Part shown: in pieces, positions 46,238-59,568 of the stretch
How positions within the stretch are numbered: position 1 is the first letter of the stretch
Layout: every line of letters begins with the position of its first letter
DNA from: Lytechinus pictus
Taxonomy: Eukaryota
Assembly: GCF_037042905.1 (NCBI RefSeq)
Contig: NC_087245.1
Location: 30,938,001 to 31,002,000 of the forward strand
DNA length: 64,000 nucleotides
Direction of reading: 5' to 3'
The notes under the pieces: model-generated
The model's database searches: none
Seen by the model: only the letters and a program-made list of their open reading frames with translations
Told to the model about the DNA's origin: nothing
Position numbers and translations under genes: made by a program

Positions 46238-48110
46238 TGAATTTGAATTTGAATTTATTAACAAACTTCATTCATATGGCATGAATATTTTGTTTTAAAA
46301 TATATACAATGATAACATAAAAAAAACATTCATAACTGTATGTCGTATAAATCAGTAATACATCAATACATAGATTTCCAATTATTATAAAGATATACAT
46401 CTATATACAAAGAGAAATGACGAATTGAAATTTAACATAAATAAGGTGTAGCATAATGCAATATACATAAGTTATCTCATTATCGAATACAAATCAGGAA
46501 GTAAATAAATGTATAACGTTAGAGATATATCTTTGGTAATGGTGGCTTTGGTGGATCTTAGATATTTTGAATGAAATTTAAAAAGAAAATGTACTTGATG
46601 TTAAAACTCACCTCTCTTATTTATAATCGCTTTGAAGAACTTACAAAAATTATCAATTATGTTTTCATTATCAAGTTTCATTATGAAAATAATTTTGTCT
46701 TCATCGCTAAGGTTCTTAAACTGTTTATACATTTCAGCTATTTTGTCAAAAAACACCACCCTTTCAGTTGTGTGTACATTACATTCTGTTATCGTGTGAT
46801 ACTCATCCCCAACCCTTCCTGAATTACAATTATTGCACGTTCTTAAATGTGAGGGTATTTTATCTGGACGTCTATGTCTTCCAGTTTCAATGGGTAAATT
46901 ATGGGAACTTATTCTAAATCGACAGATGTTTTCCGTATTTTCTGATTTTTAACAGTTAATAGATATTTCTCTGTTTGTATATTCTGTTTAAAAAGTTTAT
47001 AAGTTCTCAATTTATTTACTTGTATCTACATGTACAGTGCGTCCCACAAAAAACGAAACCGAGATTTATCGATGATTTATCATAACTTAATCACAAATAC
47101 AATAGACAAATGACCTACCATTGTAAAGCTTAGAATCTCCTCTTTCACCTGAATTACTTAAATTATTTCTCATTCACGCCTAAGTGAGCAAAAACAATTT
47201 GAAAAGGGGATAGCAAAGAGTCACTTGGCGGGCTGTATCTGGGTTTCACAAAGAAAACCACATTTTTTAAAAGTTCAATATCAGCTCTTTAATTTGATAC
47301 CTCAATTACAGAAAATGGTCTAAAAAAAACAAAGTTCTGGTTATTTGAAATAAGGCTTCAAATTCAACAATTTCATAAAATAAAGAGGTTTTACAGGCTA
47401 GCGTCCAGACTCACTCGACATTCCGTTTTGTTGATGATCAGCCATGCATTAAGTCTTCTGTTAACATTGCGATAGCTTCTGTGGGAAACCGGTGAAAACA
47501 CGTTTATTTAATGAAATTATGGAAATACAAGCATTGATTCGAGGGAACAGAACTTTTTTACTTCTTGACCATTTTCCGTGATTAAGGTATCAAATGAAAG
47601 AGCAGATATTGAACTTTTTAGGCATGGGATTTTCTTTTTGAAATTCAGATACCCCCCGCCAAATGAGTTTTTGGTATCCTTTCTTCAAATTGTTTTTGCT
47701 CACTCATGCGTAAATGAGGATAATTTAAGTAATATCAGATGAAAGAAGAGATTCTAAGCTTTACATTGGTAGGTCATTTGTCTATTGTATTAATGATTAA
47801 GTTATGATAAATCATCGCTAAATCTCGGTTTCGTTTTTTGTGGGACGCACTGTATAGTACAAATATCCTGGTTCTCTTTGGATTAATCAATATATGTAAA
47901 TCATTGTTTCTTTTAAAGCAATCAAAGACATAACCCCAATTTTCGTTTCAAAATTACCTTCTTCATTTGATAGGATGCTACAATAGATGTATCATTGTTA
48001 ATTTTGTCGACTTCTTTACCATGTTTACAGCATTTATCTTCCACACTTTCAGCGATTATCCTACTATTTACGTTCCTTTGATTTGAATGATCATTTACCA
48101 AGTTCACATT
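46238..48110 (-). mobile_element. Decayed 5'-truncated LINE (ORF2 C-terminus and 3' UTR), interrupted by a MITE
   Basis: The minus strand reads KLRTYKLFK...EKYL...CRFRISSHNLPIETGRH...RTCNNC...GDEYH...EC with frameshifts; tail AATAAATTCAAATTCAAATTC. The 5' boundary is approximate. Confidence 0.75.
47035..47852. mobile_element. Tc1/mariner-type non-autonomous element with long TIRs
   Basis: ta|CAGTGCGTCCCACAAAAAACGAAACCGAGATT ... AATCTCGGTTTCGTTTTTTGTGGGACGCACTG|ta; inverted similarity extends about 250 bp; fragment at 36910. Confidence 0.9.
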
Positions 48111-48460
48111 ATATTACGTTATTTACGTATTCGAGAGATCCGCGTCCAACAAGCCAGCTTCTCAGCTGGTCTCTATCATTTCACCCCTTTCTTTTTTTTA
48201 ACATACACACAAATAGTCATACTTTTAAGAATGTTTAGTTTTATAAAATGATGATATAAGCATCGTATTTTGTTCGTATAAATTACATTACCCAATTTTG
48301 CAAATGTAAGGTAATTACTTTTGTTCATTTTGGTTTGTAATTGTATTTGTATTTATGTATTTCTGATTTGTATGTGAAAAATGGAAAGAAACGAAGTGAA
48401 ATAAATCAAAAAATTATCATTATTATTATTATGTTTACTGTGGGGTTTACTGGTCGACTG

Positions 48461-48466
48461 TATATA

Positions 48467-48532
<66 letters not shown>
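48461..48532. repeat. (TA)n microsatellite
   Basis: Interrupted TA dinucleotide run. Confidence 0.95.
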
Positions 48533-48534
<2 letters not shown>

Positions 48535-49415
48535 TAAGTATTATTTCCATTAAGTTGGACAAGAAAACATTATATTATATTATTACTCACTAATGTAGAT
48601 TACATATATTATATGAAGAAACTGTTCAAAGGAAAGTAATGTCTTTACTGTTTTCCAAATACACTAGATCAGACAAACGAAAATCTTACAGCTCGAGCAG
48701 GTAACCTGCTACACATCTGCACACCTTGAAATTCTCCGGCAAGTTCATACGATGTGTCCTTTTACTACTAGGCTTATACAAAAAAGTTACGCAATGTCGT
48801 TAGTGCCAAACCGCTTTCTTTTCATTGCTTCAGGCATAAACCATTACACAGAATACAAGCAGTCGATATTATTGTCCTTACTGATCACTCAACCATCAAT
48901 GGCACATTCCCCCTCTCTCTTATCTCAACACCCCCCCCCCCCCCCCCCATTCTCGCGTCTGTCTCTCTCCCTCTCTTGATCGAAATATCTATCAATGTAA
49001 AGTGCAGGTTTTATTTTCATGTGTTTGGTGCAAAGAAATTAAATAAAACACTTTCCTTGCATCTTCCAACGTGAGAAATGTAGGCTAAAATAATAGGATG
49101 ATAGTGATTATGACTGCAATTATATGGTGTCTTAATGTTAATGATAACAGTTACTAGAATGGTCCAGATTCACTCAAAATAAAGTAATAACAGAATAATG
49201 CAAATAAAAGTAGAGCTTTGGTGTGTCGTAACTTTCTTATTTTTATCTGATTTTGATTTTTTTTAAATCAGTGTTATGCTTGTTTGATTTTTCTCATTTT
49301 TATTCAAATCACCAATTTGTTTGGTGGACTTGCCCATGAATGAAAGTTGCTCCAGTAAGTCCAGTCAATGTATGTTTGAATGGGTCTACGAACTATCCAT
49401 TGTAGAAATTTCAAT

Positions 49416-50549
49416 CTACCTACATCGAAACATATATCGAAGAGCAGACTTGAAATCTTGCCTCGAGAACATGTACACAAAACAATTGACACAGCAATTT
49501 CCTTTCCCCACTGTATAGGTTATTAATAGGCTAATATCGTGAGGGATTCTCTTTGAATACACCGTCCTGGCCACTAATATTGTAAATGGCATCCACAACA
49601 TCATATAGCAACCAGTAACTAAGCATGTGGTACGAAGGTTCCGGATATTGTGATGCGAATGTTTCTTTTGTTTCTTTAAGTCTGGGAATCGACTGTGTTG
49701 ACGCCAGTTCTTTGGTCTGAGCACGACCTCCTTCTTAGATCTAGAAGACGTTGGGCTGATATTGGACACGCTTTCTAACGATGTGGCGACTTGAGGTGCT
49801 TTCCGACGCTCTTGGAAAGGTCCGGACGAATGGGAATGACTGACTCTGCTGCTAAGGGTTCTAAGTCGCATCGCAGCATTCTCTTGTGCTGATATCACCC
49901 TTGCGTGATTCCGCACAATGCAAAACATCCGGGAATACATTGCCAGGACAAGAACCTCTAGCGGCCACATGCCAATGAGAGTGACTATGTATATTCGGTG
50001 ACGAACATCAAGTACATAGAAGATATTCTTGCCGAGAAAACCAATGTCGTCGAGCGATTTGTCCGAAAGTCTCATAACGACTAATCCAAGGACTAGGATT
50101 GAAATGGAAACCAGAAGTGAACCAACTAGAGCCCTCTTCTTGGTGATGATTTCATGGTATTTGTATGGCTGCACAACGTAAAGATATCGATCAAGGTTCA
50201 CGGCAAATATAAGCACTGCACTTGTCACTGAAGACCAGGTTCCTAAAACGAAACATGCTTGGCTCAGAATATCCCAAGCAGTGCTGCCTGTCCATCCTAC
50301 CCTAGGTGTAATGACCGAAGTGGCCAAACAGACGGCGGTCAAGAGGTCTGTCATTGATAGAGCAGTCAGGAAAACCTTTGTTCCTCCATCGGCTTGAACG
50401 CGGGGAATAATCAAAAGATTTATAACATTTCCTGAGATACCTATAGCGGATATCAACGACCACAATGTAGCAAATATTGCATTTACAGTGTAATACCCCG
50501 GTGGCAAGAGCTCATCCGTGTCATTTAAAGCCAGAGTGTGGTCTCCCAT
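49416..50549 (-). CDS. Intronless rhodopsin-class GPCR, 377 aa from the first ATG
   Basis: Seven hydrophobic segments; GN (TM1), LSMTD (TM2), DRY, YSRMF, WMP (TM6), NCFVY (TM7), helix 8 DFK; N-terminal NDT sequon. Confidence 0.92.
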   Translation of the reverse strand: MGDHTLALNDTDELLPPGYYTVNAIFATLWSLISAIGISGNVINLLIIPRVQADGGTKVFLTALSMTDLLTAVCLATSVITPRVGWTGSTAWDILSQACFVLGTWSSVTSAVLIFAVNLDRYLYVVQPYKYHEIITKKRALVGSLLVSISILVLGLVVMRLSDKSLDDIGFLGKNIFYVLDVRHRIYIVTLIGMWPLEVLVLAMYSRMFCIVRNHARVISAQENAAMRLRTLSSRVSHSHSSGPFQERRKAPQVATSLESVSNISPTSSRSKKEVVLRPKNWRQHSRFPDLKKQKKHSHHNIRNLRTTCLVTGCYMMLWMPFTILVARTVYSKRIPHDISLLITYTVGKGNCCVNCFVYMFSRQDFKSALRYMFRCR

Positions 50550-52515
50550 GCTGATTTGGATCTTCAGTAGTCTGACAACAATCGACAATTCAACATTGTA
50601 TATGAAGCATGTTCGAAGTGCTGTACTTCTTGCATTTTAGTCCAAATATATAGATTGTTTCCCGTTAAGTTAGAACCATGAGTGAAACTGACTGACCGCC
50701 TGATGCTATTACGCCTAAACACATAGAAGGAAAGGAAATTTTTCAAATTCACCTAGAGTTTTCAATGTTTAAAATATTGATGACAATTTTTGAACAGGTG
50801 CGGAATACTAAAAGATGGTATCACTCCCTTTGACCAACTTCACTCATAGAAATATCACTTCCACCATTAGAATTCCTTTTGATCCCAACGGTAGTTTTAC
50901 GTCAAATTTATAACAAAAAAAGAAAGATAGGATACCGATTTGAACCAGTCGTGACCGGTTGAAACCAGATGAGACTTCCAATGATCAAACTGGAAGTCGC
51001 CGCAATCTGTGCAGCGTTTGATCGGTTTTGACAGTTCTACGGGTAATTAAATAAGATCTTCGAATATTGTCCAGTTGGCATGGCTATCCTGATTGACATA
51101 ATATTCCAAAGATCGCTCCATTAGCGTTCATTAGGCTTGCTCGTATCGAGGTTGTCTTATTGATCAAAGTGTTATTTATTGATAAATTAATAAATTTTTG
51201 AAGCTAAGTGATTGCGACCTAGCCCATTATTCCGAAATAAAGGGAAATGGAAAATCGACCAATGCATGAAAGGGACGATATTCATCGTTTCTATGATGAT
51301 GGCCAACACCTCAGGAAAAAAATATTGTGTGCCTATAATTTTCGTCTCAAATATTTTCGTATGTTACTGATGGAGATCATCATAATACCTGCCGTGTTTG
51401 CCCCCTGTAAAAAAAATGTCAAAAAAACAACAACCGTGATTGACGTAATTGTTTCAATAAATGTCACATGAAATGAAGGGTTAGTAGATTCAAATCGTTA
51501 CCCGTGTTGGCTGTGTATGTGATATGTTGTTGTAATGAAGCCCGGAAAATTCAAAATTTGAAAAGAGGGAAAATGTAAAAGTGACCAGAAACGCCATTAA
51601 AATTTTATCCGATATTTTCCATGTATTACAATAATTTTTTCTTTTTCCTAGGTGTTTTTATACATATCAAAGGTGAATATATTTTTTCAAGAAATTGTGT
51701 GTATGGTCACCAATGTCATTTATCCCCAAATCCAGAAGATATTTCATTATTGTTAGCGGTGCAACCTTGTAGCGCAAATATATTATGTATGATTAATAAT
51801 GTACCTACAAACAAAACAAGTTTGTGATTTTTCTTATCTGCACACCTTCTTTTGTTTTAAATGATATCATATTTCTTCCTCTGCAAACATGAAATATATT
51901 ACATTAAATCTTGCTTAATCAATGCATACACTGCAGATCCAGTCCCACTACACACACGCTCGTCTACACATGCACGCCCACACACACCCGATTAAATAGA
52001 TTGTAATCACATAGGTGAGGGGAGAAGAGAAATATGTGTTTTAGAGTAAGAGAGAGGGGATGTAAAAAATGAATACTTTTCTAAATTGGCGTACACCAAC
52101 ATGCATACTTTCACTAAATGTTTCATGTTACTATATCAAATTTCCTATGCAAATGGCAAAAGATTAGGAACCAGATATTGATTGTTTTTTAATAATCTTT
52201 TATTCTCTTCTCTCATCAAACAAAATTGAACTTAGTAAAACATTACATTCATGATCATAAATTAAAAAACTATATCAAATCAAATTACACCATAATTACA
52301 AAGCTTGGTTTGAACGTACAATCATTGTGATCAACACATTCATACAATTGACAATTCTTAACGAAAATGAAGTAAAACATTTTCATGAATAAATTCTAAA
52401 TCAATCAATTTGTTCTCAAAATATCTGATATACATTTTTTCTATATTCTTTTCTCTTACATTTATACACATATATAATACATATGTCTAATTGAAAAACA
52501 GTACAACCTAACATC

Positions 52516-54473
52516 ATGTTTTTCTCTCCTACGAACGCACAGGAGATAATTAAAATTATATCTAGCCTAAAATTAAATAAAAGTGCAGGATTTGATAACA
52601 TTGATAACAACCTTCTACAGAAAACTATGAATTATATAATTGACCCTCTTATTTATATATTCAATTTGTCATTATCATCGGGAAATATTCCAAAATCAAT
52701 GAAAATTTATAAGATAATACCAGTCTTCAAAAAGGGTGATAGTTCTTTAGCAAGTAACTACAGACCGATTTCATTGCTTACAAACTTATCTAAAATTCTT
52801 GAAAAATTGGTTCACATACGAACAATATGGTTTTTTTTTTAAAGCACAACATCCTATCCGATACTCAATTTGGTTTCCGGGAAAAGAGTAGCACTTCCCA
52901 TGCAATACTTTCTATAGTTCAAACAGTTGCCAAAGCTTATGACAAGTCTTCGAATACGATTGGTTTGTTCTTAGATTTTTCTAAAGCATTCGATACAGTT
53001 GATCATAACATTCTCCTTTATAAACTTTCTCATTATAGAATTAGAGGGGAACCACTAAAGTGGTTCAAGAATTATCTAACCGGGCGTTCACAGTTCGTTT
53101 CACTTGATGGTGATATTTCTGAACGTAAACCTGTCCTTTGTGGAGTTCCACAGGGCAGCATTCTTGGCCCACTTTTGTTCATTACCTATATAAATGATAT
53201 TGATATGTAATCTAGATTGCTTCAATTTATACTTTTTGCTGATGACTCTAATACATTTCTGTCGCACCCCGACCCAGAGCAATTGACGCAAATATTCAAT
53301 GACGAACTAAAAAAAAATTCTAATTGGATAACAGCTAACAAACTCTCTCTTAACCTAGAAAAAACTAGCTACATGCTATTTAGCAACAAGATTATGACTG
53401 TACCAAAATATGTAATTTTAAATGATACTGTTATTCAAAGAGTGTGATCTACTAAATTTTTGGGACTGATCATTGACGAAAAACTTTCTTAGAAAAAACA
53501 TATTGATAATATTTGTAAAATCATTGCTCGCAACATTGGTGTCATTAGAAAATTAAGTCACTTCTTACCCCATTATATTTTGTTATCATTATATTCAACG
53601 TTAATTTTACCTTATCTGAATTACGGAGTTGTTGCATGGGGTAACGCAGCGAATTCTCAAATTAATAGACTTTTTATATTACAAAAAAGAGTGATTCGTA
53701 TTATTAGTCATGCAGAATTCAGGGCACATACAAATATTCTGTTTTTGACAAATAAAGTCTTGAAGATTAAAGATTTATATTCTTTTCAACTCGGACAGTT
53801 AATGTACAAGTTTATCAATAAACAATTTCCGTTACCTTTTAATAATATGTTTGTAAAAAATGATACAATTCATAAGCACTTCACTCGCCAGGCGAGTTCC
53901 TTTCATTTGCTTCTGAATAGAACATCGTTTGCACAGAAGACATTTGTTTTTACTGGTCCAAAATTATGGAATTCTTTTTCAAAGGATATTATACAATGTA
54001 ATTCAATACAAAATTTCAAAGGAAAACTTAAAAAATATTTTCTGAATTCATATTAGATTATCGTTTTTTCACAAAGTAATGTAATTCAGAACTTAATATG
54101 TAAATGTGTTTATTAATTTCTCTTTGTACATATGTTTAATCGTTTATGATTTCTGTATACAGTGTATACTGAATCATTTATTTTCATTATTATTTATCTA
54201 TTTTAATTTTTGTTTATTTTTTATTCATTGTATGTATATATATTATTTATTTCTTTATTTTATCTTATTTTTTTATTCATAAAATGTACTTATGAAAGGG
54301 GGCCTTCACCCTACAAGCTCTGCTTTTCAGTTGGTCTCCTTCTCTTTCGATTTCATAGTATTATTGTGTTATAGAAATGATTTAAATGTTATATTTTGTA
54401 AATATGTATATTGAACTATCATTGTAAATGTAAAAAGATTGAAAGAGAAAATAAATGAATTGGATTGAATTGA
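52516..54473 (+). mobile_element. 5'-truncated, decayed LINE (CR1/L2 group) with RT domain and 3' UTR
   Basis: YRPISLL, QFGFR, DFSKAFDTVDH, GVPQGSILGPLLF, FADD, LYSTLILPYLNYG and GPKLWNS; a frameshift at the T-run near 52835 and premature stops; tail AATAAATGAATTGGATTGAATTGA. Confidence 0.93.
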
Positions 54474-54656
54474 TTCAAACAAATTATTCACCATTTCTTG
54501 ATGTTTGTATCACATACACAAAAAAAATCCTGAATCCTGTAAATTATTAAAATACACTAATAAGATTTATGAGAGAAGATTTAATATTCATAATTCTCGG
54601 ACACACTCACATCCCACCCCCAACTTACTCAACACAGATTCACACACAAACACCCC

Positions 54657-56266
54657 CAGTGGCGTAACAGGCGGGGGGGGCAAGGTGCCCCCCCCCCCTG
54701 GCAGATTTCACCGGGAAAATAAAAAAACGGGAAAAAGGAAAAGGGAGGGAGAAAGAAAGGGAAAGGGGGAGGAAAAGGGAAAAGGAAATGAGGAAATGAG
54801 GAAAAGGGAAGGGGAAGGGAAAAGTGAAAAGAAAACGAAGATTTTTTTTTTAATGGAAAAGGAAGGAAAGCGGGATAAGGAATGAAAGAAGAACATTTGA
54901 TAAAGAACAAATAATTCCGACATAGGCCTATGTACATACCTTGAAGCGCCACACTTAGTGTGGCAGGGTTTGGGGGGCTTTATATGTAATGCAATAGCAT
55001 GATGGGAAATAAATTAAAAGATGACATAATGGCAAACAATAGCGGGAAATGAAGGTAGAATGTAATTAGTCAATAGCTGAATTGGAAAACAAAGAAAAGG
55101 AACAAGAAAAAAATTAATAACATGACCGAGCTGCCGAGGATAAAGAGCGGGAAGAAAGATGGACTGCATACAACACTGTGCTCTAAGCTTGCTAATAAGC
55201 TACCGCAGCTTTTCCCCAGACCCCATGCAGTAGGAAATCTCCATCTACCTTCAATGGCTCTATAACACCCCCATGTAGGGACCCTTCCTACATTAAGCTT
55301 TACGTTTAATCGCTGGCGTACAGGCGCGGGGGTCTTGGTTCCACACCCAAGAGGAAATAAAATAAATTATAGGAGACAACGTATAATGAAATGAATGGAA
55401 ACAATGAAATGTGTTATTTGCTGAATATAATGGAAAAAATCTATCACATAATTATAATTTAATTTCAATAGGCAATTTTTTTCCAGCTCGCTTTGCTCGC
55501 TGGCGACTTTTTACAAATTTTCCCACATTGCTAAGTTTTGCCCCCTCAAAACATTTGGTTCAACTGGAAAAAAAATGTGTTGTGTAAAAGCTCTGTATGT
55601 ACCCGCGATTTGATTAAAAATAGCGGCAATCTGCGAGGTTTAAATAACTTTGATATCAAGAAGTTCCGGGGGCTCCAGACGGACCCCATAGCACTGCCGT
55701 ATATGAGTATGGAAGGTTGGGTCATGGTCCCCAAAAGTTCTACAATCAAGAAAAAAAAAGGATGAAAGAAAAGCAAAGGAAAAGTGTAGGATATGATTTT
55801 ATTTACTGAATATAATGTCAAAAAATATCTCAAAGTTAGATTCTCATGAATAGGTGATTCTTTTTTTCTCGCTCGCTTCGCTCGCTCGGGACTTATATTA
55901 AGCAGCTTTTTAGCACCTGCGCCCTCGTTTTTTTTACTTTTCACGCTACTGCCGCAACTGAGAATCCTGTTCAGTGGCGTACAGACCACAAAAAAAGGAA
56001 TGAAAGAGTGAAATATATTCTCTGGATATCATGTCAAAATATATCACAAAATTTGATTTTTGTATTAAAAATGTCAAGATTTTGCTCCCTCGCTTCGCTC
56101 GCTCGCAACTTTTTTTAAAAGATAAATTCTGCCTGATACGCAATGTCTGGCCCTCTCAAAATCGTCGCCTCATTACACCATTACGCCTGTTCATACCATG
56201 ATATGACCGGGAAATTTTGGCTCTTGCCCCCCCCCCCCCTGGCCACCGACTCCTGTTACGCCGCCG
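54657..56266. mobile_element. 1.6-kb non-autonomous hAT-type element
   Basis: TIR CAGTGGCGTAACAGG / CCTGTTACGCCGCCG; 8-bp TSD AACACCCC (54649-54656, 56267-56274); internal repeats with GCTCGCTTCGCTCGC. Confidence 0.85.
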
Positions 56267-57030
56267 AACACCCCCCCCCCCTGCACACACACATACACCC
56301 TCACACACACACATACATCCACCAAATCAAATGCATTTCATCTGTCCGCATAAGTGTCATGGCAGCCGTCATGAAAATAAGTGAATGTCTAAGTTTAGTC
56401 AAAGAAACAAATGGCTCGTCGTCATGAAGTGTAAAAATTTTCCCACTTCCTCAGGTGACCGGATAATTTTTCACGTGCCTCTGCTATTCTTTTTTCCTCC
56501 TTTTCATTTTCCAATATTCGGAGTTTATTTTGATATCACATGACATTCTGAATAGTGCGAACAAATACTCATTCAATCACACTGCATAATTATAAGAATG
56601 CGTTTGACAAAACACAGGTTTTTACCAAATTGAAATTTGAATATATAATCATAGACCTTTGTAGTTCAACAATGATATAATCGAATATAACGCTAAAAAG
56701 GGGGTAATTTCGGACTCCAATTTGCATTTTAGACCTTTCGCAACTAATTTGATTTGGTCCATCGCTTGATTCTCGTGTCTTACTCTTATAACTCTAACTA
56801 AAATATATTGAAATAATTGAGCATTGCCAACAGTTGTCCAATAGAAATGGGTAAAATGAAACCCATCCTTGTTTAAGTTGGCCCTTTAATTCCCCTTCCA
56901 TAGGTGCTCTTTGCCCCCCCCCATAGACACACATTCACACACATTTAAAACTTATTGCTACTCTGAGACGAAGCGTAAGTACATGAATGTTGTATCTTTG
57001 ATAAGTTTCCATTTGCATATTGCAAAAAAC

Positions 57031-57839
57031 GAAAAGGCAATCAATGAAAACCTTATTTCCATGCATTTCGAAAAAAATGTCAACATGTATTGAAAATGAA
57101 TTGTAGTAAAAGTGATGACCATTCATGTTTAGATACAACACTGTTGATAAGTTTAAATAAAACATTGATTTTTTACAGCATTATGATAAATTTACATTTT
57201 TTTCTCATGAAAATCAACATTCTGTAACTAGGAATAACATTTTCTCTCTAAAAAAAAAAACATACTACACTGTTGCCTCCAGAAGAAACCGTAATTTCAT
57301 CATCGAATCAAATACATATCATAGACAACAATTCCCTTTTTGGAGGACCGACTTGAAGCTGTATCGCGAGGACATATACACAAAACAATTGACACAGCAA
57401 CACCCCATCCTCAAAATATAGGATATCAGAAAAGGCAATCAATGAAAACCTTATTTCCATGCATTTCGAAAAAAATTTCAACATGTACTGAAAATGAATT
57501 GTAGTAAAAGTGATGACCATTCATGTTAAAATTAAACGTCACAACATTGTTGATAAGTATAAATAAAACATTGATTTTTTTACAGCATTATGATAAATTT
57601 TATTCACATTTTTTCTCATGAAAATCAACATTCTGTAACTAGGAATAACATTTTCTCTCTAAAAAAACATACTACACTGTTGCCTCCAGAAGAAACCGTA
57701 ATTTCATCATCGAATCAAATACATATTATCGACAACAATTTCTTTTTTGGAGGACCGACTTGAAGCTGTAGCGCGAGGACATATACACTAAACAATTGAC
57801 ACAGCAACACCCCAACCCCATAGTATAGGATACCAGAAA
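57031..57839. repeat. ~400-bp tandem duplication covering the GPCR C-terminus and 3' UTR
   Basis: Units start GAAAAGGCAATCAATGAAAACC at 57031 and 57429. Confidence 0.92.
57319..57432 (-). pseudogene. C-terminal remnant (TM7-helix 8) of a third GPCR paralog
   Basis: Translates FLISYILRMGCCCVNCFVYMSSRYSFKSVLQKGNCCL*, versus FLVSYTMGLGCCCVNCLVYMSSRYSFKSVLQKRNCCR* in the intact gene. Confidence 0.82.
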
Positions 57840-58907
57840 TATGTCCTTGTTCGGTGGATTCCCAGTCAACGCTGCTCCTGCAACTATGATGGAATAAGGG
57901 GCCCATGCCATCAGGTAGCAGCCTGTCACCAAAAATGATGTTCGGAGGTTCCGGAGGTTTTGGTGGATAATCTTCATTTGCTCTTTCAGCTTGCATCCTT
58001 TACGTTTCTTACGCTGCAGGACGCCAACTGTCCTTATTTGAAACCTATTCGAGGGAAGTCCTGACGCCGACGCTTCAGCTCCACCTTGGGGTGAAGCGTT
58101 ATGGAAAGTAGAAGACATTACCTTGGGTGTTTTCGGGGATTTTTGCAATGTATGTCCGGGCAGTCCGGCTGAGCTGGCATGGCCTGTGAAGTCGATCGCG
58201 GCGCTGATACTCTTAAGCCTAACTGCAGCATTCTCCTGCGCAGTAATTTTGTTTGTATGTCTCCGCACTATGCAAAACATTCTGGCATACACTGCTATAA
58301 CCACAATCTGAAGAAACCAGACAAAGGCTGCAAATACTAAGCTCGGATAATAAAAATACGTAGTATCAAGAATGAAGATCATATTATTACTTTTAAACGA
58401 AAATGTTGCGAAAGATTTTTGTGTCAGGCCAGCGCACAGCAAATTTATGACCAGTACGATAAGAGCAATAACTATTGTACTAAAAGCAGCTCGCTTGCCA
58501 TTGATTATAGCATCATACTTGAAAGGTAAGACGATATGCAGAAAGCGATCGAGATTCACAATAACTATGAATGTAGCACTTGTTAGTGAAGACCATCGAA
58601 CGATGATGGAAACGGTCTGGCTTACCAAGTCCCAACTACCACTATCTTCCCAGCCTGCCCGAGTAACAACGACCTGGGTAATCAAGGAAATGGCCGTAAA
58701 CAGGTCTGATACCGAAAGAGCGATGATGAAAACCTTCGTTGCTACACCAACGTGTAGTCGACTAATCGCTGTCAGGTTAATCGAATTCCCAGAGATGCCG
58801 ATGAAGGAGATCAGGGACCACACAACAGCATAAGGAAGAAATAGTTCATAGTACCCATCCGATTTGATATTTTCGTTTGTTGTTGACATATTCATTGTTA
58901 CTTCCAT
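57726..58907 (-). CDS. Intronless rhodopsin-class GPCR, 393 aa, paralog of 49416-50549
   Basis: WSLISxIGISGN, TKVF..ALS..DL, WSSxTSA, NLDRF, YARMFCIVR..I.AQENAA.RL, RNLRT..LVTGCY..WAP and NCLVY are shared with the other GPCR. Confidence 0.92.
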   Translation of the reverse strand: MEVTMNMSTTNENIKSDGYYELFLPYAVVWSLISFIGISGNSINLTAISRLHVGVATKVFIIALSVSDLFTAISLITQVVVTRAGWEDSGSWDLVSQTVSIIVRWSSLTSATFIVIVNLDRFLHIVLPFKYDAIINGKRAAFSTIVIALIVLVINLLCAGLTQKSFATFSFKSNNMIFILDTTYFYYPSLVFAAFVWFLQIVVIAVYARMFCIVRRHTNKITAQENAAVRLKSISAAIDFTGHASSAGLPGHTLQKSPKTPKVMSSTFHNASPQGGAEASASGLPSNRFQIRTVGVLQRKKRKGCKLKEQMKIIHQNLRNLRTSFLVTGCYLMAWAPYSIIVAGAALTGNPPNKDIFLVSYTMGLGCCCVNCLVYMSSRYSFKSVLQKRNCCR

Positions 58908-59568
58908 CACGGTTCGATATTTTTGTGTCCCTTAAGTGTGGTTTTCCCAGGAAGGCAGTAACCAGTTTTCTCAGATTTGCTTCAACATAATGGCAATACG
59001 CATTGCTCTCGTGTTGCTGGGCTTTAATTGACATGATTTCTTGTGTGAAAGAGACTTTCTTTTAACTTTTGCTTGTATAAGGAGGTTTGTCGTTGTGTTT
59101 GCAGTTAAGTTGGATGCACGGCATAAACAACACAAACATCAACCAAATCTTGATTAGATCTGTAACTGTGGGGTCACGTTTATTCCGACAGACAACTCAA
59201 AAGATCTTCTGGTCCTCTGAATAGTTTTACAAAACCATGGTCGGTGAGAGACATGTCCTGCTGCACTGTCGTCACCTTCCCAGAGAATGATTCCACCAAA
59301 AATACAGAGATACTAACATGATAGATACCGTGCCGATGCGGAGCAATTGCAGCTAGTTCACCCATTGAATTAAATTTGTTAGCAATGACAATTTTGCTTT
59401 GTCCGACAGTTAGCACACTAACCGCCAGACATGGTCAGTGCTTCGTAGCCAATCAAAACCATGGATTTTTATTGTTGTTGTTGTTGTTGTTAGATCTATC
59501 AACTTATCAGGCTTCATAATTATGTAGACGAAACGCCTAGCTGACACTCCCAGTAAGCTGAATCGGGG

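Noticed and set aside
54505-56427. Lys/Glu- and Phe/Pro-rich ORFs
   Set aside because: They derive from purine-rich low-complexity DNA inside a TSD-bounded hAT-type element; no transposase motifs.
58372-58833. 153-aa plus-strand ORF, and similar ORFs at 80-306, 1000-1464, 7497-7820 and 63611-63937
   Set aside because: Antisense shadows of real minus-strand coding exons, partly running into SINE or intron sequence.
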